In this document: in pieces, positions 14,523-28,400 of the stretch
Layout of the letters: every line of letters starts with the position of its first letter
How positions within the stretch are numbered: position 1 is the first letter of the stretch
Source of the DNA: Eledone cirrhosa
Lineage: Eukaryota
Length of the DNA stretch: 64,000 nucleotides
Reading direction: 5' to 3'
Assembly: GCA_964016885.1 (NCBI GenBank)
Contig: OZ024741.1
Location: 43,958,001 to 44,022,000 of the forward strand
Notes under the pieces: model-generated
The model's input: only the letters and a program-made list of their open reading frames with translations
What the model was told of the DNA's origin: nothing
The model's database searches: none
Translations under genes and position numbers: made by a program

Positions 14523-15886
14523 CTTTATTATTAATTTTTGTCTTTGGGAAGTGTATTCTTTGGTCTATAGGGAGATCTTCTATTGAGTTGAGTTCTTGCA
14601 TTATTTACTATTTCATCGTATTGTAGGCTTGAGTTTTGTTTTTATAGTATGGTTTTAGAAACATCTTTCTCGTCATAATTCTTTTCGTTTGTATTTTTGT
14701 TTGTATTGTACTGCTGCTTTTTGATATTTTGTTTATTTTTCTTCTTGTTTTAAATTGTCGTTATGTTTTTTATTTGTAATTATTCAGAGTAAAATTGCTC
14801 AATGTCCATGGTTGATACTTTTGTTTTGTTTTTAATACGTATCTTCTTAAATTTACTAGATTGTTAGGTTCAACTTATAAATCAGACTGCAGGTTGTGTT
14901 TTTGCCAGATTGTATATGTCTCTTTTCTTGTGTTCTCGTTTTTTCTGTATTGTTTTGCCGTAAAATAAGCATGTGTATAATTTGTGTATTTTTCATTTTA
15001 TTTGTGACATGAGTGGTAAAGTCCTACCCATTCTTTGGAACGTTTTCATATTTGTTGGGTCTTTTTTTTCTAAATGTGTACGTTTTTGCGCACGTCGGTC
15101 GTTGTACAATATATTTCTTAAGTACATCTATGTGCTTCCTTTGTCTACAGCTTTCGCTATTTTTATAATATAAGAACTTATATTACACTCGATAACTTTT
15201 GTGTTACTTATATGCTTCCGTATTCGAGTCTATGTTGGTTGTCAACTTTCTAGATTTTGCTGTAGATGTTTTTCAACTTCTTTGATTTTTCGTATCGGTG
15301 CATTGATATCAAAATCCCTGTATGTAACTTTTAGGTATGTACTTTTCCACGAACCTTTTGAAGCCCTCTCAAAGCTAGGAATCTACCATAGCTAACTTTG
15401 TAAAAGTTGCTCTATGTTTCCGTATAATTCTGTATGTGGTCTTTTTAGCGATCATTTATTGAGATTTTCAGTACATCAGCGAGAAATAATTTTCAGTTTG
15501 CTATTTGCTACTCCATTATTGTTGAGTTGGTTGACGTAATATATATCAGCTATGTGTCGCGGTGTTTATACTTATCTTAATTCGCATGGTTGCTTGATCT
15601 ACGCAGGCGTGAAAATCTGCCCCTTGTGAGAACGGCCATGAACGGATTTTCCATCCTCTGACAGGTAATATTTATTTATATATACAAAGAAGCCATCCGA
15701 AGAAGCTGAAGGTCTTGAGTATTGGCTACTGTATATTATGTAATCGCGAAACCTTTGCTTCTGGGTAAAAGTTACTCTGTATTTCTCTCACTCTCACTCT
15801 CTCTCTCTCCCTCTCCTCCTCTTTCTCTCTCTCTCTCTCTCTCCTCCTCTTTCTCTCTCTCTCTCCTCCTCTTTCTCTCTCTCCTC

Positions 15887-15928
<42 letters not shown>

Positions 15929-15939
15929 GTGTGTGTATA

Positions 15940-15968
<29 letters not shown>

Positions 15969-15972
<4 letters not shown>

Positions 15973-16118
15973 TTATTAAAATAACAGATTAAAGTTTAAG
16001 CAAAGAATCGCTGCTTTCACCCTTAACAGGATCTTCTGAAACTCAGAGTTTCAGAAGATCCCGTTAAGGGTGAAAGCAGCGATTTGCTTAAACTTTAATC
16101 TGTTATTTTAATAAATAT
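15969..16118. repeat. Fold-back palindrome, 1-nt centre at 16045, made of two back-to-back variant HHRs
   Basis: gaaactc-A-gagtttc centre; HHR-like motifs at 15993-16043(-) and 16047-16094(+). Confidence 0.92.
16047..16094 (+). ncRNA. Variant-core type I hammerhead (CAGAAGA)
   Basis: agttt-CAGAAGA-t-ccc-gttaa-ggg-t-GAAA-gca-gcgatt-tgc-TT-aaact; all three stems pair. Confidence 0.65.
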
Positions 16119-16201
16119 TTGCTCTACGGTTCTTATATATTTGCTATAAATTTATCCTTATCGAGCCCTCTTTGGATTTTAGTCTTCAAATTTATTATAT
16201 A

Positions 16202-16238
<37 letters not shown>

Positions 16239-16264
16239 CACACACACGCATATATATATGTGTA

Positions 16265-16300
<36 letters not shown>

Positions 16301-17728
16301 CATATATGTGTATACATTTATATATATGTATATATACTTACTGGATTTATGAAGACACATGGTTTATTAGTTGAGCCTTGAGTTCACATTCATAAAGTTG
16401 CGAGTTCGAATCTCTCACTGGGTAAAGAGTTTTGTTCTTCAGCAAAATACTTAATTTCAAGTTTTTACAATTTATTCTGCTGAAGGAACGATTCCAAGCT
16501 CTATCGACGATTGCCTTTTCCTTGGAGAACATAAGTGGCGAGGAGAGGGGACACTGGCATTTATGGGCGTCTGCTGATCATTTACAAACACACCTAGCCC
16601 ATAATTATTCATCTGAGAAGAACTTTCCACGTGCAAATACATGATTATAATAACGAAAAAGCGCTTAACGTCAAATTAATTTTACCAAATGTGTAAACAA
16701 GGACGGAGTGAAATATATTAACAATACAAATATATAGAAATAAAAAGTGAAACAGAAGTTGACATCGGCTGCTATGAGGTATCGTACCGCATAACTTCCA
16801 GATATCGGTGAGGCGCATTAAGGGAGCGTGATATCTCTTACCGTTTTAAACTATATAACTACATCAAAGCGTTTTAAATGTGTACAGCCATCGTATATTC
16901 GTCACCAATCTCTCTGACTTTTATGAAGCTAAGTTGATACATTTAATATAACGAATGGTGTGATTATACACAAAGACACTATAAAATAGCTTATAAAATA
17001 GCCATATTTTGAAGAATTGTGATACATCTCAATCAATACTGAAATATTCACTCCTACCTATATCATGATCCGATCCCTGTGCAGTTTGATCCAACAGATT
17101 TGTGTATTTGCGCGTATGATAGTTAACATTTCTATGTTCTGGAAATATCATACTGTTAGTGGCATATTCTTGTTCATTCTTTTAACCTACACACTGAATG
17201 TGTTTGTAAACATTTCATTATTTGTTTTGTTATCTAAATATGTATGTAAATATGTATGCATTCATATAACTGAAATCCTCATTTAACTTTCAATACATTG
17301 CCTCATATATATATATATTTATATTTAGGTTTGCTTTGGTTTGATTTTAAATGCACTGCGTTTATTTTATTTACAACCCTATTTTAACATCTCAGCTATC
17401 TAGTTCCAACAATGATTGATCGAATGAAATATCTGCTGAAACTTATAAAGTGTAAAGGCAAGCCTCACGGAGGAGACATATAGCATTTACCTGGCCCGAA
17501 TGGTTTTTACGATTCGGAAATGTCAGGATAGTTTATAATTGACAGGTGATCTCCCTACGACATGGATATGTATTACTTCATTGAATGAAATAGGAAGATT
17601 CAATCAAAACAATGCCTCAAGGTTTGTGAGGAGCAATAAGCATACATACATACATACATATACACCCCAAAAAGCACACACATATAAGCGTAGACACACA
17701 CATATATATATATATGAGGAATATATAT

Positions 17729-18340
17729 AGGATGAAAGGCAAAGTTAACCTCGGCAGGATTTGAACTCAGATCATAAAGGACTGAAACTCTATGCTGCAA
17801 AGCCTGGGGCCGGACCCTCAACCGATACTGCCAATCCATCAACCACCCTGTCTTACATTATAATGAATAACATCGTGTTACATCAAATGTAATATTTCAC
17901 TATTGTATTATATATTAACATTTATTCTACAATGTTATTCACACATTGATGTGTATAAATGAACAATACCAGTGAACGTCACCTTACAATAACAGTGTAT
18001 TATGTTTAAAACGAACGAGTTACAATAGATAATGCATAAGGACTTTAGGCAGGCATCTGAAAGTGAACCACAGAAAGAGGCGAGGAGTGATTCTTGGAGA
18101 AGAAAAAGAGGTAAGATAGGCAAAACGAATGAATGTAAGTCACACACACATACATAAATACACATTTGCTAGGGTTGGTTGAAAAGTTCACAGGCTAAAC
18201 AAACAGTCGCATAGAATGAACGAATGAGGTATATTCTTCAACATAGTCCATGGAAAGAAACAATCAAGAAATGCAGTTGTTAATAGGCAGAGTTGAAATG
18301 AATACATGCAATATTTCACAGTTTTAGCATTACTGCTTCC
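17729..18340. repeat. Left arm of an about 610 bp inverted duplication (partner 35835-36446)
   Basis: Identical 76-aa ORFs at 17935(-) and 36010(+); arm comprises a SINE 5' part, unique sequence and a mariner-TIR-like stretch (agggttggttgaaaagttc). Confidence 0.95.
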
Positions 18341-18661
18341 TTCGTAGTATATGCATATATATATATATATATATATATAAAGACACACACACACGCACAC
18401 ACACATATATATATATCGATATATATATGTATATATATATGGTTGTGTGTGAGTGTATATATTATGTACCAAACATACATATGATACTAAGGACACATAC
18501 ACTCATACACACAACAATATACATATCAACACTCACAGAATGAGCATCATCTGTGATAAAGGACTGCATACAACGCATCGAAATTTTCTTTGTCATTTTC
18601 TCACTTGTAAAACTAATAGACGTTCTTTAATTGTCTTCTCTGTTATATATATCTATATCTC

Positions 18662-18693
<32 letters not shown>

Positions 18694-18702
18694 TATATAG
18701 AT

Positions 18703-18741
<39 letters not shown>

Positions 18742-19322
18742 TATAGATAGGTAAATATACACGGGTGTGTATGATTGTGTATAGAAGATTATATTAATAA
18801 GAGGAATTCCAACTTTGTCTGATTTACTCGTTTTATTTACAATCCTTTAAAATATGTAATGGTATTATAATGAAATAGCATGATAGAATATTAAATTCTA
18901 AGTGTTAATTGAACAAATACTTTAATGCTTTCGCAATCTTCAGGTTCATAATATGTGGTGACAGTCGAGTTTGCAATTTTCAACTGTAATGAGATGGGTA
19001 AATTTCCTAACCTTTATACATTTTGTACAGAGAAAAGTGGCTCCAGAATGCTAAGCCCTGTAAACTGTATTTCGACCAATCAGTGTCTAGTTTCACTGAA
19101 TTACTAAAGCTGATTGGTTTAAGCGTCACGGCTGGTTGAGCATGCTAAAGACCAATGATCATATCCAAAGCATCAATTGTTTTGCTATGTTCAGAAATGA
19201 TGAAAATAGCATTTTCTATTAATCATCACCATCAACATCACTTTTATTATTATTATTGTTGTTGTTGTTGTTGTTGTTGGTAGTGGTCATAGTGGTAGTA
19301 GAAGTAGTACACCTAAGCGTTA

Positions 19323-20093
19323 TTATTGTTCATTTAGCTTGGGTTTGAATTTATCAATAAAATTATTTTCTTTGATTTTTCTCTTGATTTCACTTGGGCT
19401 GTATAATTTGTAGAATGGGAATATTATAAATATTCCCTGACCACATGTTGCCTGGTGGCCGCTTAGGGGTATCTGACGGACATTTGGGTCTCTGATTTGT
19501 TGACGGTGTACCCGTGCACGTTTCGATAGTGCATTTCCAGTTTGACCGACATATAGTTCTTCACAATTCGGGCATTTAATGCAGTAAATTAGATTTCTGC
19601 TTTTGCAGTTCATATTTGCATTTGGGAATATTTTTCCAATTTTTGTTTTCATATATTGACCGGCGTGTATGGATTGACATGTGCCGCATCGATTATCATT
19701 GCATTTAGATACAGTGAATGATTGGTCTTTGTTGATAAGGTCAAACTTTGCTTTTGTTAGTAATTGCTTCAAATGTTTTGGCTGTCTTTTACTAAGAGTC
19801 AAAGATCGATCTGTGATTAAGCCTTTTAATTCATTACTTTGAGCAATGATCGGTAGGTTTGCTTTGGCAGTGTTGAAGATATTCTGGTGACATGGGTTGT
19901 GTGCCATTATAATTGGTATGACCAGTTCTTGGTTTCTTCTTCCTTGGGTTGTCCTAAGTTGTTGTATAAGTATTTTTATAGCCCGATGTATGCCATTTTC
20001 TATAAGTAGAGATGGTTTTTTTGTTTGAGCAAAAATTCTCTTAGTTCTGTTAGGCGTTTGTACCTGGTATTCGTATCTTCTACAATGGTACAA
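19323..20093 (-). pseudogene. Inverted duplicate of PLE thumb, Zn-linker and GIY-YIG region
   Basis: 256-aa ORF nearly identical to 22126-22835 and lacking the break at about 22380. Confidence 0.92.
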
Positions 20094-20599
20094 ATTCTTA
20101 TAGCCAGGCAGTATGGGTATCCTCCTTCAGTTCTTGGTGGTTGACTGTTGGAGTCGGTGTGAATTTCAGTCCTTTTGACAGAATTTGCATTTCTTCATTG
20201 TCAAGATCTTTTTCTTCCTGTTAGCATTATTTTTAACAATCTGGGAAAATGACCTAGGCTTGCTTTCAGGTTTAGATCGTTTTTTCGTCCAATTTCTTGT
20301 GGGCAATCTCTGTTGAGATATTGAGAGTGATCTGGTTATTCTACGATCTAAACCTGAAAGCAAACATAAGTCATTTTCCCAGATTGTTAAAAATAATGCT
20401 AACAATAATATACAGAATACCAAAAATAGGACAAAATACATAACGAAACCAAATATAATATCACGACCAAAAGTTCATCAAGCGAACACCAACAGGAATA
20501 TAAATCCTGAACAGAGAAAAATCCATTTTTTAACGTCAGGACAACAAAAACCGGAAAAAGAAAAACTCCAGGAGGGAACATACCCAAAACAGCTGTACA

Positions 20600-22835
20600 C
20601 GTAGATCCTAAAATAATTAATTTATCTAAAAGAGATCTTGACAATGATGAAATGCAAATTCTGTCAAAAGGACTGAAATTCACACCGACTCCAACAGTCA
20701 ACCACCAAGAACTGAAGGAGGATACCCAAGAATTCTGTCGAAAATTACGTCTTGTAGAATTCTTCGCTCATAAAAATAATGAGAGTGATGAATCACTATT
20801 AAAGAATAAATCAAATTTCACTCCGCCAAAAGGAAGAAATATCTATCTCGACCAATACATTGACATCCTGTCTAAATTTCCTCTTAGACATAATACTAAT
20901 GTTAGGCCAAACATTAACAAATCAGAAATGTCTGCACTTAAACGTATACAAAATGATAAAACAATAATAATTAAACAAGCAGATAAAGGGGGTGCAGTTG
21001 TTATAATGGATACTGAATACTACAAGGATTTGGTTGAGGAACAACTGAAAGACAACATTCTATCATGAAATACCGTCAAATATAGACCACAACATCATGA
21101 AGAAGATCAACAACCTGGCTTCAAAATACCACAACTCATTTACTGATAAGGAAAGAGACTGCATCACCAATTTTGAGCCGAAACCCAGCAACCTGTATGG
21201 CCTACCGAAAGTTCATAAGTCAAAAGAAATACAACTGGCAGTAAGAGAACAAAACAGTGAGTACATTAAATTATTACACCCAAAAGACTTAAAACTTAGA
21301 CCTATTATAGCTGGTCCAACATGCCCCACCCACCGTCTAAGCAATTTTGTTGACATTATTTTGAAACCACTATGAATTCACATACCCAGTTTCATCCGGG
21401 ATGATATCGACTTCCTGTCCCATCTTCCCAAAACCACGGAAACGAATTCACTTCTACTCAGTTTTGATGTGGTAAGCCTTTACACCAACATTACACATGA
21501 TTTAGCAATAAAGGCGGTTAAATACTGGGTGGAAAAACATAGAGAAGTGATTCCCATCAGATTCTCAGCGCCATTTATATTAGACGCAGTTAAACTTATT
21601 CTGGAAAACAACACTTTCATCTTCAATGGAAATAATTACATCCAAATTAGAGGCACAGCGATGGGAACGAAGTTTGCTCCCGTTTACGCGAACTCTGTAA
21701 TGGGATACTTAGAACAACAACTCTACCAAAAAATAGAGGAAAAATATAGTACTGACTTTAGAAAGTACATTGAAAAATCTTGGAAGAGATACCTTGACGA
21801 CTGTTTCATCATCTGGACAGAATCTCTAGATACTCTGGATGAGTTCATTATCCTCCTGAATAACCTACACCCAACTCTCCAATTCACAAAAGAGATGAGT
21901 AGGACCAAATTACCATTCCTAGATATAATGATAATCAAAAACGACACCACCATTACCACGGATATATATTATAAACACACAGACACCCATTAATATCTGA
22001 ATTTTAAGTCGTGCCATCCACCTCATACAAAACGCAACATCCCATACTGCCTAGCCAGAAGAATTTGTACCATTGTAGAAGATACGAATACCAGGTACAA
22101 ACGCCTAACGGAACTAAGAGAATTTTTGCTCAAACAAAAATACCCATCTCTACTTATAGAAAATGGCATACAGCGGGCTATAAAAATACCTATACAACAA
22201 CTTAGAACAACCAAAGGAAGAAGAAACCAAGAACTGGTCATACCATTTATAATGACACACAACCCATGTCACCAGAATATCTTCAACACTGCCAAAGCAA
22301 ACCTACCGATCATTGCTCAAAGTAATGAATTAAAAGGCTTAATCACAGATCGATCTTTGACTCTTAGTAAAAGACGCTAAAACATTTGAAGCAATTACTA
22401 ACAAAAGCAAAGTCTGACCTTAACAACAAAGACCAATCATTCACTGTATCTAAATGCAATGATAGTCGATGCGGCACATGTCAATCCATACACGCCGGTC
22501 AATATATGAAAACAAAATCTGGAAAAATATTCCCAAATGCAAATATGAACTGCAAAAGCAGAAATCTAATTTACTGCATTAAATGCCCGAATTGTGAAGA
22601 ACTATATGTCGGTCAAACTGGAAATGCACTATCGGAACGTGAACGGGTACACCGTCAACAAATCAGAGACCCAAATGTCCGTCAGATACCCCTAAGCGGC
22701 CACCTGGCAACATATGGTCAGGGAATATTTATAATATTCCCATTCTACAAATTATACAGCCCAAGTGAAATCAAGAGAAAAATCAAAGAAAATAATTTTA
22801 TTGATAAATTCAAACCCAAGCTAAATGAACAATAA
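20600..22835 (+). pseudogene. PLE RT plus GIY-YIG polyprotein broken by stops and frameshifts
   Basis: Collinear ORFs 20652-21068, 21097-21375, 21469-21993, 22126-22380, 22386-22835. Confidence 0.92.
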
Positions 22836-23215
22836 TAACGCTTAGGGGTACTACTTCTACTACCACTATGACCACGACCACTATCAACAACAACAACAAC
22901 AGCAACAATAATAATAATAAAAGTGATGTTGATGGTGATGATTAATAGAAAATGCTATTTTCATCATTTCTAAACATAGCAAAACAATTGATGCTTTGGA
23001 TATGATCATTGGTCGTTAGCATGCTCAACCAGCCGTGACGCTTAAACCAATCAGCTTTAGTAATTCAGTGAAACTACACACTGATTGGTCGAAATACAGT
23101 TTACAGGGCTTAGCATTCTGGAGCCACTTTTCTCTGTACAAAATGTATAAAAGGTAGGAAATTTACCCATCTCATTACAGTTGAAAATTGCAAACTCGAC
23201 TGTCACCACATATTA

Positions 23216-23254
23216 TGAACCTGAAGATTGCGAAAGCATGAAAGTATTTGTTCA
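23216..23254 (+). ncRNA. Minimal type I hammerhead in PLE 3' pseudo-LTR
   Basis: tgaac-CTGAAGA-t-tgc-gaaa-gca-t-GAAA-gtat-TT-gttca; inverted copy 18910-18948 has GAAA changed to TAAA. Confidence 0.8.
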
Positions 23255-23641
23255 ATTAACACTTAGAATTTAATGTTCTATCATACTATTTCATTATAAT
23301 ACCATTACATATGTTAAAGGATTGTAAATAAAACGAGTAAATCAGAGAAAGTTGGAATTCCTCTTATTATTATATATATATATATATATAAATATATCTA
23401 TCTATATATATATATCTATCTATCTATCTCTGGGATGGACACACGCGTATAACTTGCTGAGTAAGTTCTGTTTAAATTTCTATAGAAATTCTTGTCTGAT
23501 AACTTTAATTTTTGTACCATTTTGTAGAGGGACTGCCAGGTCAAACTTTGATCTGGTCAGTCTCTCAAAATATTCTACGCCTTTAGGCGAAATAGTTAAA
23601 AAAAAAAGTTTTTTCTTGTTGAAAAGTCAATATTTTTTTAA

Positions 23642-25429
23642 ATGGCCGAAGCTTCTTCACCAAAATTCGAAGGAGGAAAGGGGAAGATGAACTTACAGCT
23701 TCCCCCTGCCACTGTCACAGTAGCAGAGGTCAAGAAGATAGGTCAGCCAGAGGAAGAATTCTCTCCACCTGTTAACCGACAACTTGACGTTGCCATGGCA
23801 ACAACCCAAAGAACCAGCAGCAACAGCAACAACAACAACAATGCGACGGACGAAAACAACACCAATAACAATAACAATAACAACAACAAGACCAATAACG
23901 GTGACAACAACAACAATGATAACAACAACACCACCAACGACAACAACATCACAAACAAACAAAATTTCTCCTTCGCCGAGACGACAAGGAAAACCCTCGA
24001 CTATCTGCCAGTAGATATAACAAAAGCGAAGGAGCTACTGGCGGATGCGAAAAAATATATAGTGTACGTGGAAAATGGTTCATTCACAATCCATTCCCCC
24101 CCGGAACTAAAAAGCCAGAGACTCCTAAACACGGTCATGTTTAGGACAATCTCGAACAAAAGTAAAAAACCAGCTCAACCATCACAGAGCGAGATAGAGC
24201 TGGTCTTAAAAGACGTCATGAAGGACATCACCTTCATTCAGAAGGATAGACTCTACGGGAGTCTATCCATTCTCATGAAGGACAGGGACACAGCAGTGAA
24301 ACTGTCCATCAAACCAATCACATCCACCGCATACACCTTCTACCCTACGTACATGGGTAGAAGAACACAAAAAATAAAAATCCACACCATCCTGCCGATT
24401 ATGGACATATGGTGGGTTTTGACAGGTTTTCTGGACCTGGAGGATGACATGCTGGTGTCCATGGGAAAGGCATCGGGTGACGCGTTCAGTGGAACGAGCC
24501 TCGAACTTGTAGTTCAAATGAGGCCCGAAAGGATCGCCCAGATCCCTGAACGCGTCATACTGGATGATCTAACCTTCATCAACATTACCGTTGAGGGTAG
24601 ACGGCCCTCGTGTTACCTCTGCGGAACCAGAGGTCACCTGAGGGCTGTCTGTCCCCAACTTAATAAGAAAACCCCAATCCTGCCTACACCACCAACAACT
24701 GCACAACCAACACAATCACCACAACTACCACTACAAAAACAACCACCACAGCCCAAACCAAAACAAAACAATGTCCAACCCATCCCCTCCACTCAAAAAA
24801 CAAAAACAATTTCCAAAACACCCGTACCGCAAACACAACCCGAAAATATACCCCTCCCCTCCAACGCGGAAGATGACCCTAGTTCGTCGTCAGACGAGGA
24901 GGAGCACTTCCACACAATCAAAAGAAAAAAAAGAAAACACACCTCAGACACACAAATGAAAAAAACCCCTCCCCAAAACATAACACTGACACCAACACAA
25001 AAGAGCTCACAACAGCAAACAAAAAACACCACACAAAAACAAAAACATGCATACACATACATAAATACAAGAAACAAAAAACTGTTAAACATTGTGTACA
25101 ACAACAATCTAATAAAAACACAAGGGCCTAACTTCACCCAGGCAGGGGATTTCCCCCACCTCAAAATGATTAAGGCCCCACAGGACACCTATAAAACTTT
25201 AAAAAACAATTTTAAAGAGGACGTGGGTCCCCCCTGCGTCGGGCCCATTAACCGCGTCCTCCTAAAAAACTATCCCACCCCCTCCCCAAACACCCTCACA
25301 ACTCCAAGCTCCCCAACCACACAACACACTGATGCCCCCACACTTCCACAAACCACCACCCCACCCAACAACCCATCCCCCACCCTAATGGAAATTGTGC
25401 AGCCCGATACCCGGGACGCAGAGAGGTAA
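23642..25429 (+). CDS. LINE ORF1 gag-like nucleic-acid-binding protein, 595 aa
   Basis: CCHC knuckle CYLCGTRGHLRAVC, poly-Asn tract, Pro/Gln/Thr-rich tail, basic KRKKRKH. Confidence 0.9.
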   Translation: MAEASSPKFEGGKGKMNLQLPPATVTVAEVKKIGQPEEEFSPPVNRQLDVAMATTQRTSSNSNNNNNATDENNTNNNNNNNNKTNNGDNNNNDNNNTTNDNNITNKQNFSFAETTRKTLDYLPVDITKAKELLADAKKYIVYVENGSFTIHSPPELKSQRLLNTVMFRTISNKSKKPAQPSQSEIELVLKDVMKDITFIQKDRLYGSLSILMKDRDTAVKLSIKPITSTAYTFYPTYMGRRTQKIKIHTILPIMDIWWVLTGFLDLEDDMLVSMGKASGDAFSGTSLELVVQMRPERIAQIPERVILDDLTFINITVEGRRPSCYLCGTRGHLRAVCPQLNKKTPILPTPPTTAQPTQSPQLPLQKQPPQPKPKQNNVQPIPSTQKTKTISKTPVPQTQPENIPLPSNAEDDPSSSSDEEEHFHTIKRKKRKHTSDTQMKKTPPQNITLTPTQKSSQQQTKNTTQKQKHAYTYINTRNKKLLNIVYNNNLIKTQGPNFTQAGDFPHLKMIKAPQDTYKTLKNNFKEDVGPPCVGPINRVLLKNYPTPSPNTLTTPSSPTTQHTDAPTLPQTTTPPNNPSPTLMEIVQPDTRDAER

Positions 25430-25453
25430 GTGCCTTTTCTCTTCACCACCAAC

Positions 25454-28400
25454 ATGGCTATGCTAAGAGTAGGCTGTTTAAATGCGCGTGGCCTGGGCTC
25501 AACTTGGAAGCAAGCAATGCTTCTAAATGACCTCAGGTCACAACGTATAGATGTGATGGTTATTTGCGAGGCCCGGATCAGCAACGTGCGACAGCTGGCC
25601 CCCACCTTTGATGACTTTGAGATGCACGCATCTCTCTGTCAGCCCGGAGGTGGGGGTGGAGTTGTCGTTCTGCTGCAAAAACATCTGGGTCTCGCAACAC
25701 AGATGGTACATTTGGACCCGGAGGGTCGACTAGTGGTTCTGGACCTTGGCAGTGGTAAAGGCGGAGCGTTTAGGTTGGTAGCCGCCTACGGCCCTTTCGG
25801 GTCAATGCGGCCGGACTTCTTCCATCGTCTGGAGACTTTTCTAGGGACGTCCCGCTCCTTGCTATTAGTGGGGGACTGGAATGGTATCCTAGATGCACGC
25901 TGGGACTACGTAGGGGCCTGCCCCGATAGAGAGGGGTGTAATAGCCTCAAAGGGTTAATCGGTCGATTTGACCTGGCCGATAGATATCGACTAGATTTTC
26001 CGACTGCGCCAACCTGGACTTGGGCAAATCGTAGCGGATCATCTAGGTCGTACCTAGATAGGTTCTTAGTTAGAATTAAGGATAAGGACTTTTTAAGTTG
26101 TCCAAAAATGCGCATGGTTGGCTATTCAGACCACAAATTAGTGACCTGCATGGTCAACCTTGACAGAACTCATAGACAGGGCCCCGGTTACTGGAAGCTC
26201 AACTTGTCCTTGCCGGCAAGTAGAGCCTACAGGAATCGGATTAGTACGTTAGTTAAGGAACGGTTGACTGGAGCGATCGTCAACAGCAGGTGGTGGGTAT
26301 CTCTAAAGAGAGAGATTAGAGTAGTCTCGATAGAATTTAGTAAGGTTCTAGCTGCGGATAGGAATAGGAAGGAAAGGGAGCTAATAGATAGAGTAGAAGA
26401 GGCAATTAGAAGCGGCGACGTGGCCAGAGTGCTAGCGTCGAGAACGGCTTTGAGCCAGTTTTTCGACGCGAAGCACGAAGGCTGCGTTGTCCGAAGTAAA
26501 ATACGTGCTCTAGGGAACGAGGGGACCAAAGCTGTTAGCTGGGCCCGCGTGACAGAGGCCAACAGTGGAACTAAATCCACCATCCGGTCTTTGCGAGACC
26601 TGGATGGACGGGCGATTCTTGAGCCTAAGCAGATGTGTGAGGCCTTTCAAAGGCACTTTGCCCGACTGTTCGGGAGGGGCGGGGAGCCGGTTGGGAACGT
26701 GGACTTCGGTCCATACCTCGACGGCCTGCCGCGCCTCTCGGACAGGGAGGCGAAGTCCTGCGAGGAGCCGATTTCGGCCGCTGAGATAGAGGACGTGCTG
26801 AGCCAATGCGGCAAACGCAAATCCCCGGGTCTCGATGGTCTTCCTTACGAATTATATCTAGCTATGCCGGACTTATTCCCCAATCTCCTCGAGGCGGTCT
26901 ACTGCAACTGGCAACAGAACGGGAGAATTCCCTGTACTGTGACCAAGGGCGTAGTCACGCTAGTGAGGAAGGACGAGAACAAGGGGGACGAAATAAGTAA
27001 CTTCAGGCCCATAACACTGCTAAATACAGAGTTACAGATTTTGGCCAAGGTGCTAGCAAAGAGGTTGGCGCTTGTCGTGGGCAACCTGGTGGGAGATGCG
27101 CAGACATGCGCTATCCCGTCCAGGTCCATCCATGACAACCTCCACCTCATGCGATACATCATAGAGAGGGTTGGGAACGAACCCGGCTTTGGTGGGGCTC
27201 TGATCAACTTGGATCAATCTAAGGCGTTCGATAGGGTCGACCATGGTTACCTGGATGCGGTGCTAGCGGCGGCAGGCTTCGGACCCGTTTTCAGGGGCTG
27301 GATCACTGCTATGCACAGCAGCCGCATCTGCTCTAGGGTCAAGGTGAACGGCTACCTCTCGGAGCCGTTCCAAATCGCGCGGTCCATCCGACAAGGGTGC
27401 CCTCTCTCCTCCCTTCTGTATGTGTTGACTCTCGAGCCACTACTGCGGAAGTTGGAGTTGTTGCAGGGCATCCCCTTGGAACCGGGATTGCGGAAAGCGG
27501 TGTCGGCCTACGCCGATGACGTGACAGTAATGGTGTCAACGGCCTCCGAAATCGAGGCGGTCGGCACCTTACTGGAGGAGTACGAAAGGTTCACAGGGGC
27601 TAAGCTGAACCGGGACAAGTCGATCGGTTTGCAACTCGGCACGTGGAGGGGCAGACCGATGCCCTCCGATAGCGTCGTCGGACGCTGGACGGAGGGCCCG
27701 GTGAAGTTGCTCGGGGTCTGGTTCGGACCGGACCTCCAGGTGGAGAAAAACTGGGCGGAGGTTACGAACAGGGTGTTTGCACTGACCCAGAAGTGGGCCA
27801 GTTGCAAACTATCCCTGAAAGGTCGGGCGGAAGTGGCGAACACCTACATAGCGTCCGTCATCTACTACCGCCTGACCGTAGTGCCCTGCCCAAGGGAAAC
27901 CCTCACCAAGATGGAGCGCGCGCTCTTCCAATTCCTTTGGAAGAGGCGGGCTCCTATGGTGAGGAGATCCATCTGCTGTCAACACCCTTCGAAAGGAGGG
28001 CTGGGGATGCCGTGGCTAATGATGCGTAAACACGCATTAAGGCTACGGCACCTCTACGTATTCCTCACCGGACAACCGGTGTGGGCCTCGTTTGTGAGAC
28101 GAACCTTTCCCAGACTCGTCTCACTCACCGAGCTGCAATCCTGGGTCAAGCAAAGACCGAGAAAACTGGGCGCCTGGCACACTGAGTGTGCCCAGGCGCT
28201 CACCGCCCTCTGGCAGGCGGATCCGGTTATCAGTGGAGACTCCACCGCAACATTCTATAGAGGGCTGGTACGCAGCAGGTGCGACGACGCCCTCGGAGAA
28301 GCCCTAGACATGGAGGAGGACGAACTGGCCAGCCTGTTCGGTAGGACATTCAGCCCAGGACCTATGGACAACTTCCAGAAGTCCCTGGCCTGGCAGTGCT

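Larger units (their letters stand above)
18793..23370 (+). mobile_element. Neptune-type Penelope-like retroelement with inverted 1.3 kb terminal duplication
   Basis: RT pieces (LSKGLKFTPTP, KQADKGGAVV, YGLPKVHK, LRPII, DVVSLYTNI, GTAMG, RYLDD, LPFLDI), Cys linker (CGTC) and GIY-YIG (LIYCIKCPNC..YVGQTG); 18793-20117 is the reverse complement of 22041-23370. Confidence 0.93.

Noticed and set aside
14530-15700. T-rich stretch that may be an old retroelement on the minus strand
   Set aside because: No diagnostic protein motif could be read.
20404-20630. Segment missing from the inverted PLE copy, considered as a spliced intron
   Set aside because: No GT donor at the boundary; better explained as deletion or template switch.
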